DNA from: an uncultured Verrucomicrobiae bacterium
GTDB taxonomy: Bacteria; Verrucomicrobiota; Verrucomicrobiia; Limisphaerales; JAFGQR01
Assembly: GCA_963788655.1 (NCBI GenBank)
Contig: CAWBHS010000050.1
Location: 1 to 64,000 of the forward strand
Direction of reading: 5' to 3'
Length of the DNA stretch: 64,000 nt
Shown piece by piece: positions 44,497 to 55,744 of the stretch. The translations under genes were made by a program, and so were the position numbers. The notes below the pieces were generated by a model, which worked only from the letters and a program-made list of their open reading frames with translations, searched no databases and was not told the DNA's origin. Each line of letters starts with the position of its first letter. Within the stretch, counting starts at the first letter, position 1.

Positions 44497-46452
44497 TCAC
44501 TTGCTCAACGCTTCCGCGCGGTGGGCCAGTTCTTTCGCCATTCCGCTGAAGATCAACGCATGGATGGGATAGAGCAGATACCAGTAAAGCAGTCCCGCCA
44601 AGCCGCGTGGGGCAAAGAACGCGGTTTGCGAGAGACGCGAAGTGCCCGCGTCCACTGGCTCGACTTCGAATTCCAGCCAGGCGCGTCCGGGCACCTTCAT
44701 TTCGGCGCGCAGACGCAACCGGCGATCCAGTTCAACGGTTTCCACGCGCCAGAAATCCACAGCGTCTCCCGCGCGGAGTGTCTGCGGATCGCGGCGTCCG
44801 CGCCGCAAACCCACGCCTCCCAGTAAGCGATCCATGAAGCCGCGCACGCTCCAGGCCCAGTTCATATACAACCAGCCAGTGTCGCCCCCCAAGCCCGAGA
44901 AAATCCGATAGACTGAGGAAGCCGGAGCGGCCACGACACGCTGGCGCCGTTCGAAGATGATGCCTTCCTGGGTTGCGAGCACCACTGGGGCAACGTCCCC
45001 CTGGCTGCTCGACAAGGCATCGCTCCAGGCCGTTTCCACATGGCCGGTGTCGAGATTGGCAAGCGCCCGGCGCACCGCCGTGGCGTAGTCGAACAGTTTG
45101 ATTTGAGGGAAAAGCTCTTTGGCCAGTTCGTCCCGCACGATCACATCATTGCGCAAGCCTTGAATCAGCGGTCGTACGATTACCGCCGGCACGGGTGTAA
45201 CCAGATGGACCCAGTAGGAGGAGAGGCGCGGGGTGAGCACCGGCACGGGGATGAGCCAACGCTTCAAACCGCGCGCCTTCGCATAGCCGCGCAGCAAATC
45301 ACCGTAGGTCAGGATATCAGCGCCGCCGATTTCAATGATCCGCCCCGTGCTGGCCGGCGTGCGCAAGGTGGCCACCAGATAGTCGAGCACATTGCGGATG
45401 GCGATGGGTTGCACACGCGTGTAGAGCCAGCGCGGACAGATCATGATGGGCAAACGCTCCGTCAGGTAGCGAATGATTTCGAATGAGAGACTCCCGGAGC
45501 CGACAATTACTGGCGCGCGAAACTCGGTTACCGGCACGCCACTTTCGCGCAATGCAACCCCCGTCTCTTGCCGCGAACGCAGATGTTCGGACAACGCAGT
45601 GTCGGAATCGCCCAGGCCGCCCAGGTAAACAATGCGCTGCACGCCGGCCGCCTTGGCCGCCATGGCAAAAGTTCGCGCGGCCAGCACGTCACGTTGCTCA
45701 AAGTCATGACCGCCAGCCATGCTGTGGACCAGGTAGAACGCCACGTCCACACCGGCCATCGCCGGAGGCAGCGTTTCGGCACGCAGGCAATCACCGGTCA
45801 CCACCTGCACTTGCCCGCACCAGGACCTTCCTTGCAACCGCGCCGGATCGCGCGCCAGACAGCGCACGCGGCAACCGGCCTCAAGCAAACGCGGCACCAA
45901 CCGGCCACCGATATAACCGGTCGCGCCAGTGACAAGAACGGATGGCGAGTCAGTCATGAGGTCTGGGTAAACTGGCAACCATTTGACGCAACAGGTTGGG
46001 GGAGCCGGCGAATGAAAGAGTTCACCCAACCGCTGTCGTCGATATTGGAATATGCGTTCGACGTCGCGTCGTACAAACAGCCGATGGATCAGAGTTCCTC
46101 CACGCGGGTGATAACGAACGTGATCGGAGCAAAGCGTACCGCCATCGCTTTCGATAAAACTGTGCGTGTGCTGCCACAAGGCGTAAGGCCCACGCACTTG
46201 GACATCCACGAATTGGTAAGGTGGTGTCCACACCGTGATTTCGGTGCGCCAACGCAGGGGAATTCCATGCACCCGGATGCGGTAGTCGATGAGCGTCCCG
46301 GCCCGCATGGGGATCGGCGCGGGCGTCAACACTTCGAAGCGCAGCCAGGGTGGCGTGAGGACTTCCAGGTTTGTTGCTTCGGCGAAGAAGCTAAACACCT
46401 CGTCCCTTGGGCGCGGCAGCCAAAGCTCCGCTTGCAGCATGAACTCTTTCAT
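44497..46452 (-). CDS. SRPBCC domain + NAD(P)-binding SDR/DUF2867 protein
   Basis: VFSFFAEATNL..LTPP..FVDVQVRGPY; VLVTGATGYIGG; DFWRVE..LRLRAEMKVPG. Confidence 0.8.
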   Translation of the reverse strand: MKEFMLQAELWLPRPRDEVFSFFAEATNLEVLTPPWLRFEVLTPAPIPMRAGTLIDYRIRVHGIPLRWRTEITVWTPPYQFVDVQVRGPYALWQHTHSFIESDGGTLCSDHVRYHPRGGTLIHRLFVRRDVERIFQYRRQRLGELFHSPAPPTCCVKWLPVYPDLMTDSPSVLVTGATGYIGGRLVPRLLEAGCRVRCLARDPARLQGRSWCGQVQVVTGDCLRAETLPPAMAGVDVAFYLVHSMAGGHDFEQRDVLAARTFAMAAKAAGVQRIVYLGGLGDSDTALSEHLRSRQETGVALRESGVPVTEFRAPVIVGSGSLSFEIIRYLTERLPIMICPRWLYTRVQPIAIRNVLDYLVATLRTPASTGRIIEIGGADILTYGDLLRGYAKARGLKRWLIPVPVLTPRLSSYWVHLVTPVPAVIVRPLIQGLRNDVIVRDELAKELFPQIKLFDYATAVRRALANLDTGHVETAWSDALSSSQGDVAPVVLATQEGIIFERRQRVVAAPASSVYRIFSGLGGDTGWLYMNWAWSVRGFMDRLLGGVGLRRGRRDPQTLRAGDAVDFWRVETVELDRRLRLRAEMKVPGRAWLEFEVEPVDAGTSRLSQTAFFAPRGLAGLLYWYLLYPIHALIFSGMAKELAHRAEALSK

Positions 46453-46463
46453 AATCCGTTTTG

Positions 46464-46715
46464 TCACTTGGCCAGTCTCGCCGGCTGACGCAGCCGATCC
46501 AAAGCCGTCCCCAATTGCGCAAGGTCATCAACTAAAACGGCACCGAGCGGGATCAACACCTCACGGTAGGCCGGCATGGCGCGCCCGCCAACAACCAAAG
46601 CGATCTCCGCCGGCAACAAGTCACGCAGCCGGGTCAGTTCGTCCGCCAGTTCCGCATCGTCTTCCGGATAGACCAGGCTCAAGGCCACCGCTCGCGCCTG
46701 CTTTTGCCGCGCGGC
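46464..46715 (-). pseudogene. C-terminal B12-binding part of a MerR/CarH-like regulator
   Basis: AARQKQARAVALSLVYP...LVVGGRA; N-terminus missing. Confidence 0.55.
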
Positions 46716-46831
46716 GCCCGCTCGACCTGGCGAAGGTCACGTCGGTAGGCTTCCTGATTTCCGACAAGCAAGCGGGCGCTTTTGACTTGGAAGTAGCTTG
46801 GATCAAAGTCATCCAAGCCGCCCGCAGATGA
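46716..46831 (+). pseudogene. C-terminal fragment of CIA30-family protein
   Basis: PLDLAKVTSVGFLISDKQAGAFDLEVAWIK. Confidence 0.6.
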
Positions 46832-46863
46832 GATCCTGTTGCGATGGTTTGTATCGTTCCGCC

Positions 46864-48078
46864 TTAAGGAACGTGATTGGTGACATGTTCGGTGCTCACG
46901 ATGCAGTTCCGCTGGTCAAACAGGTTGAAGTAATAGACCTGCGTGCCCTCCGGCAGGGTGGCCGTAACGCGATCTTCAGTCAGGTCCGCCGGGATGGATT
47001 CCCATTTCCGGTCCTGCCAACGCCCGGTATCTTTGGTGAAGTTCAATACAGCTTTCGCCATCGGAAGCTTTGCTGAATAGGTCGTCCAGACTTTGGTTCC
47101 ATCGCTTCCCGAGCCAGTGATGGTCGCCAGCGGAGTTCCACCCTTGAGAATGTTGTCGGCAAAGACGCGAATCTCCTCGGGATTCTCGCCGGCGCCGCCA
47201 TGGCCATGGGGCATGCGCAGCCGGATACACAAGGTGGGTGGACCGGTGGGCAGGCGATACGAACGCTGCAACGCATTCATCGTATAAGCGAAGTCATTGC
47301 TGCCGGTAACCCACAGCAATGGCATTTCGGCGTGTTTCAAGTAAACGGACGGATCCCACCAAGCCATCCACTGGTTGGCGCGTTCTTCACCAAGAGCTGC
47401 CAGTTCCTTTTCGAACACCGTGTCCCGATAGAAACCGCACCCGTACACCGGCACCGCCAGTTTGAACCGCGGATCCACACCCGCGACGATGCACGTCAGG
47501 TAACCGCCCCAGGAAATACCGGTGATGCCGGTGCGCGCCGGGTCCACCGTCGGCAGCGAACGAATCAACGAGTGCGCGAGGACAACGTCCGCCACCGCTT
47601 GATAGGTCCATTGATCCTTCTGCGGCCAATCCATCTGGTTGAATCCACCCCAGCCGGGCGGGCCGCCTTGCGGGTCGTGGACGAACCGGCCATAGTTGCC
47701 AACGGGCACCTGGCCGCAGGTATCCATGGCGATCGCGGCGTAACCACGCCCCACCCACAAACGCACCCACTCCTCGAACGCGGTGCCACCACCGCCGTGA
47801 ACCAACACCATGGCTGGCAACTTTTCTTTCGAATTCGATTCGGGAATTCCCAGCCAGGCAAATACCCGGGTCGGGCGGCCTTGAAACGGCAGCCCGGTGA
47901 AGCTGATCGCCCGCACCTTGTCGGCTTTCGGCCACTGCAAATACTCCCATTGCGGCACGTCGGCCAGTTGGGGCATGTCCCAGGGAGTGGTCGTGTCGGC
48001 CACCGCAGCCGGTGCGACGGTGGGACAGAAAATCAGGACCACCCAAATCAGTGCTGTAAAAAAGATGCGCAAGTTCAT
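46864..48078 (-). CDS. secreted alpha/beta hydrolase (acetylxylan-esterase-like)
   Basis: PAMVLVHGGGG, GITGISWGG. Confidence 0.85.
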   Translation of the reverse strand: MNLRIFFTALIWVVLIFCPTVAPAAVADTTTPWDMPQLADVPQWEYLQWPKADKVRAISFTGLPFQGRPTRVFAWLGIPESNSKEKLPAMVLVHGGGGTAFEEWVRLWVGRGYAAIAMDTCGQVPVGNYGRFVHDPQGGPPGWGGFNQMDWPQKDQWTYQAVADVVLAHSLIRSLPTVDPARTGITGISWGGYLTCIVAGVDPRFKLAVPVYGCGFYRDTVFEKELAALGEERANQWMAWWDPSVYLKHAEMPLLWVTGSNDFAYTMNALQRSYRLPTGPPTLCIRLRMPHGHGGAGENPEEIRVFADNILKGGTPLATITGSGSDGTKVWTTYSAKLPMAKAVLNFTKDTGRWQDRKWESIPADLTEDRVTATLPEGTQVYYFNLFDQRNCIVSTEHVTNHVP

Positions 48079-48113
48079 TCAACGACAACGATGTAGAAAT
48101 AATTGCTGGCACG

Positions 48114-49111
48114 TCAATGGCGTTTGGGGCTTGCCGCTGAAGGCGCGAGGCGGATCGCCGCTCGGATTCCTTTCAATTGCGCCAACTGTTCGGGCGCCAG
48201 GGAACCAATCGGTCCCTGCTCCGGATTCCAATTGGGCCCCATGTCCAGGGTGACAACGCCCTCCTTGGCCACCACCGCCTTGACCCAGTCCGCCCATTGT
48301 TGAGTGGAAAACCGCGTGTCACGGCGCCCCCAACTGGAACCGACGTACGTCAAGGCATGCCATTGCGAGCCACTCAACCAACGCGAGGACGGGCGGACGG
48401 TCAAAGGCTCGTTCAATTCGCCCGCCGTGTAGTCTTCGGCGTCGGTGTAGTGAATGACTCGGACGCCTGGATTGAACGTTACGATGGCCTTTGGGTTGCC
48501 GTGCTTGACGGCCTGGGCATACACCTGAGCGATGGCGTTGTTGAAGTGAATGTGTTGGTAACCGCCGTCAAACCACCACCCGGCCACTTTGTCGCCGTAA
48601 CGGTCCCGGACCATTCCTGGATGACCTCAGCCCATTTCTTCGCGAACTCGAGGCTGAGCGGTTGGTCTTGCGGGCCTTCGCGCAACCCGAAAGCGCGCTG
48701 GGCCCGGGCATCCCGGTTGGGAACCTGGCACGGCAGGTAAAGCATCAGCTTGATTCCCTTGGCGTGAAGCGCGTGGAACAAGTCCAGAGGCAGGTCGCGA
48801 GTGGAGCATCTCTCGCCAGGCTGATAACCGGTGTAACGGTTGTAAGTGGCGTTGGGAGAGTTGAGGTAGCCGGAGTTCTGACCCAGCGTGATGACAAAAT
48901 ACCGCGCGCCGGCTTCGACCAGTTGTTGCGCCAGCACTTCGACGTCGAAGTCCTTGACCTGCGCGAGTTGCCGGTCATTTCCCGGAAGCAAATGCATGAA
49001 GACACCGTAGTGGGCGTCTTTAAACCAGTCCGTGTTTGGATTGTTGGATTCGGCCTGCCCCAGCGAGGACAAGAGAAGCAGTGGCAGGAGGATGGTGGTG
49101 ACGCGGTTCAT
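48114..49111 (-). CDS. alpha-L-fucosidase-like (GH29), frameshifted ~48610
   Basis: WFKDAHYGVFMH, AGARYFVIT, RYGDKVAGWWFDG. Confidence 0.75.
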
Positions 49112-49175
49112 GGTTTTAAAGTGAGGAGTGCATTGGTTAATGTCGGGGCGAAGCCAGACGGAACAGGGAGTTGTT

Positions 49176-50235
49176 TCAGCCTCCTTGCACGTCGGGATTC
49201 ATGTAGCGCTCCAGCAGTATCCTGCTGCAGAGCTTTACCTTCTCCCTGTCTTTAATCCGTCCGATCAAGCGATGATAGCTGTAGAGCACTTTGAACAGGT
49301 GTCCTTCGGCAATCCAATCCCCATTGGGGTTGTCGTTCAGGTTCTGCTTCCGACGCCAGCGGTCCTGGTTCTTTGGATCGTTCCAAAAGTCTTTGCTCAT
49401 GACGGCCTTCAGCGTCGCGCGATTCGGGGACGCGTCGGTCGCCGGATCGAATTCAGGAACCGGAGCCCCAATATGAGTTCGGTGCCCGGCATGGCCGGCT
49501 TTGGCCAGCTCCGGATACCCCATCATATCGAGATTCATCAAAGCCTCGGTGTGGGTTGTCATGTGCGTGAAATTCGGTCGTCGGATTGAAGGTCGGCCCA
49601 GCAACCCCTTGAATCGCGCCAAGCTGTCGAAGGTCGCCTCAATCATGGCCTGCGTATCGGATATAGGCATTGGAATTGACCGGCGGCTGCGGCCGGATTT
49701 TGGCGATCTGATGACTGAGTCCGCATAATCTTTTGACGAGTGCGGGTTGGGCCATGTGGGGCACGTCGCGCAATGCCTTGACGGACAGAGACGTGAAAAT
49801 CACAGCGTGACCATGGGCACGCAAGCCGCCCTGCATGGCCGGCAGCAGTGCCTTGGGGACCTCCTCGATCAGCGCCCGATCCGCCGGTTCCTTCGCGAGG
49901 GGGGCGAATTGCGCCGCCCGCAGTCTGATCACAGTATCCAACTGACTCTTGATGCCAAGCGTCGTTGCTTCGCCGAGGTGGTTGTCCCGGCACAAATAGT
50001 AGCCAGCGAGAACGCCCGCCCCCCAATGGGCATCGAACCAGCCCTCGGCCCGGACCATTCCCGTTAGACCTCTCACCAGATAGGAATCGTCCAAGGCGGC
50101 ACCGTTGCTCGATTCGGTTTCCGCGGCTCGGGCGGAGTCCGCGATTACTCCGGGAATGCCAAGTCCACCGATGATGCCCGCCGAAAGCTCGAGGAATTCT
50201 TTTCGATTCATTGTGCATTTCTCAATTCGCTTCAT
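49176..50235 (-). CDS. Tat-like exported hypothetical protein (frameshifted), last cassette-like gene
   Basis: MNRKEFL signal; His-rich motifs (DAHWGA, AHGHA); starts right after a GTTGGGT core. Confidence 0.6.
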
Positions 50236-50241
50236 TTGTTA

Positions 50242-50310
50242 ACCCAACAATTGGGATGAGTGACCGCCGCCGACAGAACCGGTGGAGCGCACGAGGCACT
50301 CTCGAGTCGC
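50242..50310 (-). repeat. attC right half (degenerate)
   Basis: ...GGCGGCGGTCACTCATCCCAATT-GTTGGGT, similar to the 3' arms of the intact attC sites. Confidence 0.45.
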
Positions 50311-50552
50311 CGTCGGACATCGAGCGGAAGCCCAAGACGGCGCTGCGTCTCCACCAAGCAGATGACGGCATACCGGGATCAAATCATGCACAGGCAATTG
50401 CCAGCGCAAGCTATGTTCTCCGAGAGATTCGCTTCCTCAACCGGCTAATGCAACCGCCAATGGTCAGCATCCCGACGGTTCCGATGACGATACCCGGCAA
50501 AGCCGACATGACTTCGTGTTTTCCATCCAAATGAGTCAGGATCATCACCAAT

Positions 50553-50574
50553 ATCGTCCATCGACTGGTTGGGC
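50553..50574 (-). repeat. attC left remnant
   Basis: GCCCAAC-CAGTCGATGGACG just after the stop codon; complementary to the GTTGGGC at the cassette start. Confidence 0.55.
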
Positions 50575-50583
50575 GGTGTTGCC

Positions 50584-52650
50584 TCAACTGTGGGGAGGTG
50601 TCCAGCGAAACATCATCACGTGGTTCAAACCGGCGTTTTCGAGGAACAGGACATACTCACCGTTCTTGCGGAGGGTGACGTTCAGGGCGTTGTCCGAGTC
50701 AACGCATCCGCCGCTGCCTTTGAAGCCGTTGATGTCCGGCCGGATCGTGCCGACGTATCCGCCGTCCTCCAGCCGATGGACGCGAATAGTCCATAGCCAT
50801 AAGCGACGAAGAGGTATTTGCCGCGGGCCTGCATTGCCACCGGCGCGCCGCCGCCATAGCCGGTGTCGGGAGTGTAAGACTTGTCGTTGAGCGGCAGATT
50901 GATTTTCCAGCGCTTGATCCTCTTGGTCGGATCGGACCAATGATCGTAGCAGACCAGCACGTTGCACGCGTTCTCGTCGGTGCCGGGTGAACCGCCGGCG
51001 ATCATGATGTCGTCACCAGGGACGTAGAATAGCCGTCGAAGTCGGTCGCCGGTGAACTCCGGCGGGTACTGGTAAGAAACCTCGGAGGCCCGGCGATAGA
51101 TGGGATTGCCGCGCGGGTCTATCCCTTCGCAAGGAAGATGGAAGATGGTCCCGTCTCCCGAGCATTGCCAGATGCCGGCAGCGGCATCCAGGTGCATGAA
51201 GCCCCAGCGGGGCTTCCGGTCCACCGAGGCGAACTCCGCAGCGTCTGGCGACACCGTCGCCGTTCGTGTCGGTCCAGATGAAGGTTTCGGCGTCCTCCGG
51301 CCAGCGTTTGCCGTTCCCGGGGCGCCAGGTGCTGGCACCCGCCACATACCCGCACGGGGCCGCCACACAGCCTTGCTCGCCGAACTTGTAGATCTCCAGG
51401 TTGCCGGTGCCCTGGGCGCCGCAGTAGAGGAAGAGCTTGCCGCCGATCCGCCGCACGCCATTGATCAGGCGATGGCTCGGGCCGTGGAGGTCCGTCACGC
51501 GGCTGTCGCTGGGATACTTGAACCGATCAACCGTCAGTCCAGCCAGTGACTGCTCGTGACCAGGCGGCTTGGCTCCAGTCCATGCTGAAGACGTTCTCCT
51601 TGGTGTAAACGAGGTTCTCATTGGCCGGGTCGGTGCAGGCCGTATCCAGCCAGTTGCCCAGGCCGTAAACGTCCCAGAGGCGTTGACCCGAAGGGGAATA
51701 GGCTTCGATCAAGGCGTTATACCAGGAGCCAAAGACACTGGCGACGTAGAGATTGCCGGCCGCGTCGAAGCCGAGGCCGCGAATCCAATGGAACTTCTGG
51801 GGCTGGTATTTTCCCGGCTCGCCCGAAAAGATTCCGCCTTCCGTGCCAAAGGTGCCCACCTTCTTGGGGGTCCCCGAGACATCGTAGATCCAGACCTGGC
51901 TGTGCCGGTTCAACCCGCCCACGAGCAGACGACCCTTCGGATCAAACGTCAGCGCACAGGGGTTCTCGAAGTCGGTGATCTCCGGCCCGGGCTGACCGTC
52001 CTTGGAGAAGGAGATGATCTTCAGGCCGCCGGTAGATCGAACGGCTCCTTGCCGGGCTTGCCTTGAACGACCCAGATCCGACCGTCAGCACCGACAGCGA
52101 TCGGTCCCGGGCTCGGGGCGGCGAAGGAGCGAACCTCCTTCATCGTCGCCGTCTCCAGGACCCGAATTCTGCCTGCCTTGGAATCGCTGAGGTAAAGCTC
52201 GCCGCTGCGCAAGGCCAGGCCGTGAATGCTGCCGCCGGTGCTCGGCGTGCGGTTGTAGGCCTCGTCCCCGAGGCGCGTGCGGAAGAGGCCGACCCCGGTG
52301 CCGATGTAAACGTAGGCGTCGTCCACCGCGACCGCGGACGCGCTGCTGCCAAACCCGCTGTCATAGTCGTACTTGGTGACGAACTTGCCGGCCTTATACG
52401 AGGCGACTCCGCCGTAGCCTTCAGCCACACCCGCGGAGAAAACCGTCCCGTCCGGCGTCACGGCAATGGCGATGGCGGTGACCGGCACCGATTGGTGCCC
52501 CTTCTGAGTGGCGAACGAGTTCGCGAGCCAGGAATGGATGACGGTGCCAGGCAGGTCGCTCCCCGAAGGCGCGTCCCCGGCTTCGACACGACCCAAGTTG
52601 AGCGTGCAGAGGCAGGCCAGCGTTAATTTATGGAAATAGTGTTTTCGCAC
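50584..52650 (-). CDS. secreted NHL/beta-propeller protein (several frameshifts), cassette-borne
   Basis: Signal-like N-terminus; IAVTPDG, LYLSD, IAVGADG, GLGFDAAGNLYV, GCVDS motifs over five ORF pieces; start approximate. Confidence 0.65.
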
Positions 52651-52693
52651 AAAATGTCCGTGTTCACTTTCGGACGGAGGCAGCCCTTCCACC

Positions 52694-52786
52694 GCCCAAC
52701 GTCCCGCATCAGTGACCCCGCGCCACTGATGCTCAGATTGAAACCGCAGCGCCCTCGCGGGGTTCGCTGCATGCGGTTCGTTAGAC
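52694..52786 (-). repeat. attC site
   Basis: R'' GTCTAAC...R' GTTGGGC; imperfect palindrome CCGCATGCAGCGAACCCCGCG/CGCGGGGTCACTGATGCGG. Confidence 0.85.
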
Positions 52787-53110
52787 ACGTTTCTTTTCAT
52801 TTGCAGCTTTCCGAAAGATCACATGCGTTGCGAGGCCAGTGATTATGCCTAGCACAAGCCATTGAAGAACTACCGCGAATGGCAATGCGGTCCAGGCGGC
52901 GATACCTTCGCTCGGCCTCGATATGAACGCCCATGCGTAAACCAAACCAACAGCCGGGACATGGATTGCCTCATAGAAGCGGTAACCCGCCGGGTGCTCC
53001 GTAATCCAAGTTTGGACTGACTCAATCCAACAAGGAGAAGAGAACACTAATCCGAGCAAGACGCCCAACAGGCCCGAAACTTTCAAGCGATTCGATAAGG
53101 ACGGTCGCAT
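52781..53110 (-). CDS. cassette gene, small membrane protein
   Basis: ATG 3 nt after GTTAGAC; stop inside R''; about 3 hydrophobic segments. Confidence 0.7.
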   Translation of the reverse strand: MRPSLSNRLKVSGLLGVLLGLVFSSPCWIESVQTWITEHPAGYRFYEAIHVPAVGLVYAWAFISRPSEGIAAWTALPFAVVLQWLVLGIITGLATHVIFRKAANEKKRV

Positions 53111-53112
53111 AC

Positions 53113-53213
53113 GTCTAACGACAAGACCAGCGACGGGAGCCAGCCGCCCCTGATGTTCGATTTGTGTCTGCGCTGAACGGCTGGCTCCCGTTCGCTGAAC
53201 CGTTTGGTTGAAC
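53113..53213 (-). repeat. attC site
   Basis: R'' GTTCAAC...R' GTTAGAC; arms CAGCGAACGGGAGCCAGCCG/CGGCTGGCTCCCGTCGCTG. Confidence 0.88.
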
Positions 53214-53516
53214 AATCTCTTCATCTTTGGCCGCCGAGCTTATCGCATCATAGGGAAGCAGGAGCGTGTCGATCGCCAAGGAAATCGGCAAATCAACGAT
53301 CCCCACAATACAAGCGCCTGCCTTCTTCCCGGCTGACCCCTGGAAAGAGCTACGGCAAGGTGCCGTGATCAGACCGCCATCGACGCAGGTTGCAGCATAT
53401 ACAGGGGGGAATGGTTCGCTAAGCTCGTGACGCCACGACGTTCTGGTAGCGATGGTCCCACATCCCGTGCAGAGGCAGACAAGGCTGGCCGAGACAATGC
53501 AAAAACAGGCTTTCAC
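53115..53516 (-). CDS. cassette gene, YceK/YidQ-family lipoprotein
   Basis: Lipobox CTGCGTI; VDLPISLAIDTLLLPYD. Confidence 0.75.
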   Translation of the reverse strand: MKACFCIVSASLVCLCTGCGTIATRTSWRHELSEPFPPVYAATCVDGGLITAPCRSSFQGSAGKKAGACIVGIVDLPISLAIDTLLLPYDAISSAAKDEEIVQPNGSANGSQPFSADTNRTSGAAGSRRWSCR

Positions 53517-53524
53517 AAGTATGC

Positions 53525-55744
53525 ACCGGGTAGGTGCAGGCGGTTAGCCCGCCCACACCCCCCTAAGAACCGTGCGTGAAAGTTTCCCTTCACACGGCTC
53601 AAGCCTTTCTAAGGACACGCCCGTGCGGGGTGTCCCGGCAATCTGTTGGATTAACGTCAGCATCCTGAGGCCCCTTATACGCTCGCCAGGACCATTCGAC
53701 CAGTCCTTTCGCACGGCAAGGTCCGCCACGCAAAACAGCGGCGGCGCTCAAAATACTGGGTGTAGTTCCGGGTCGTAGGGAGTTGGCCTCCCCCCGGACC
53801 TTGATATGACGTTCCAACACCGGTGCGGGCAATGGAATACAGTCGCAGCACCTTTGCTTCCCCGGTGCGCGGTCCGCATCGCGGGCGAAGAATCCCCAAG
53901 TGGTCTCCGATGGCTGAAGTATTTGCGCTTCAGCCAACGCGTAGGATTTCTTGGGATGTCGTCCGCCGCGCCCAGCGCAGGAGCTGGTAGCGGACGATTC
54001 GTTCCATGCGCCAAAACGCTTCGGCCGAACAGCACGTGGCGATGATAGTTGGCCCAGCCCCGAAGCATCGGGTTGAGCTTTCGGATCAGCGTTTCCGCGC
54101 GTTTGTCCGACCGCGCGTTTGATGCACTCGCGGATTTTCTGCACCAACGCCTTCACCCCGTCCTTGGCGGGTTTGATGAGCAGTTTGTTCCCGTATTTGC
54201 GCACGTTCTGTCCCAGAAAGTTGAACCCCGTTTCGTATGTGGGTGATCACGGTCTTTTGCTCGGAGAGTTCCAGACCGCGTTCGGCCAGGAAGGCCACCA
54301 CGGCGGGTTTGACGATCTGTTCGAGGGTTTCGCGTTTGCGGGCGGTCACCACGAAGTCATCCGCGTAACGGATGAAGTTGACCTGGTCGCGTCGTATTTT
54401 GATCCGGCTGCGGATCGCCGCTTCCATTCCGTCCAACGTCAGGTTGGCAAGGAGGGGCGAAATAATCCCGCCCTGTGGGGTGCCTTCCAGCGTCGGGAAC
54501 AGACGGCCTTTTTCCCAGTAGCCAGCCTCCAGCCATTGGCGTAGCATCCTCTTGTCCATCGGAATGGACTTGAGAAGCCACGCGTGGCTGATCCGGTCGA
54601 AACAGGCTTTGATGTCGCCTTCGAGCACCCAGACCGGCGCGTAGCTTTTGGCCAGTGCGCAGAAGCACTGGCCGATGGCGTCGGCGCAGGAGCGGCCTTC
54701 CCGGAACCCGTAGGAGTTGCGGTCGCCGAGGGTTTCGGCGATGGGTTTGAGGGCCAGCGCGTGGAGCGCTTGCATGGCGCGGTCCCGCAGGGTGGGGATG
54801 CTCAACGGGCGCAGCTTGCCGTTTTTCTTGGGATGTAGTGCCGGCGCAAGGGTAGCGGCCGGTAACCACGACGTTTCAGGTTCTGTACTGCGGTGAATTT
54901 CTGTCTGTCAGTCCTCCATATCACGTTGTCCACACCGGGGGTTTTGGCCCCCTTGTTTCCCGTCACCCGCTTGACGGCCAAAAGCTTGGCCGAGCGCGAG
55001 TGGGTGAGCAGCCACGACAGGGCTTTGGCCTTGCCGTGTTGTCCTGCTCGGATTGCCTTTGCAATACGCAACTGTAGCCTCCTGACATCACGCCGGACTT
55101 TGGGCCAATCAATGGCTTTCCAGTTCGACGCTTTGTTGGAGGACGCACCAAAGGATCGCTCCTTCGTCATTTGCTTTTCCTCCTCAAGGATGGTTCGACG
55201 GTTTCTCTTGCAAAGAGAGACCTGACCGACGTGGGCATATCCGGTCGCATTACACACCGGCCTTGGCTTGTTCGGTCTTCTCAATGCTGCCTCCGCTTCC
55301 CTGCCTTGCGGTTGGGGCGGCCACGACCGGCGTGGCCCGGAGCGACAGCGTTTCCATGTTCTGCATTCGATACGGGAGAGGTTAGGTCCGCTCTGCTACA
55401 CCGGCAGTGCTTGTGAGTGTGCGCCGGGCCACGTTAGACAACCCGGACTCGACTGCTTGCCATTTTGGCTCGAGCCTTGAACAGCCTCTTATGGCTCGTT
55501 TCTCTTGACGATGCTTAAAAGCGTTTATTGGTTTAACCATACTCTCGGACTCTAGCGCTCCCCCGGCTTGAGGCTGCCAGGTTCGCTACATTACCGGGAA
55601 GGCTTCATACCCCTGACAGTAGATCTCGACGATCGGACAGCCCGCCAGACGCATGCTTCCGTGGAGTACCTGCGGACACACGCAGGGCTTGGTCAGGATT
55701 CATAACTCCCGCCAAGCAGTACCGAATACAACTTCATGTCACAA
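53525..55744 (-). mobile_element. group II intron (probably IIB / chloroplast-like class) inserted in attC R'
   Basis: 5' end TTGTGACATG; domain V GAGCCGTGTGAAGGGAAACTTTCACGCACGGTTC; domain VI ending CCTACCCGGT; removal restores GTTAG|GC. Confidence 0.9.
53675..55170 (-). CDS. ltrA: group II intron reverse transcriptase/maturase (frameshifted, no HNH domain seen)
   Basis: WKAIDW..VRRLQLRIAKA, TPGVD, IPTLRDRAMQ, GTPQGGIISPLLAN, RYADDF, LRGWANY; strong RBS GAGGAGG. Confidence 0.92.

Noticed and set aside
53675..55170. RT as retron, DGR or CRISPR-associated RT
   Set aside because: Domain V/VI RNA, maturase motif and EBS1/IBS1 pairing identify a group II intron; no TR/VR pair or msr-msd seen.
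55470..55515. EBS2 assignment for the intron
   Set aside because: Candidate loops pair only partly with the exon; needs proper folding.
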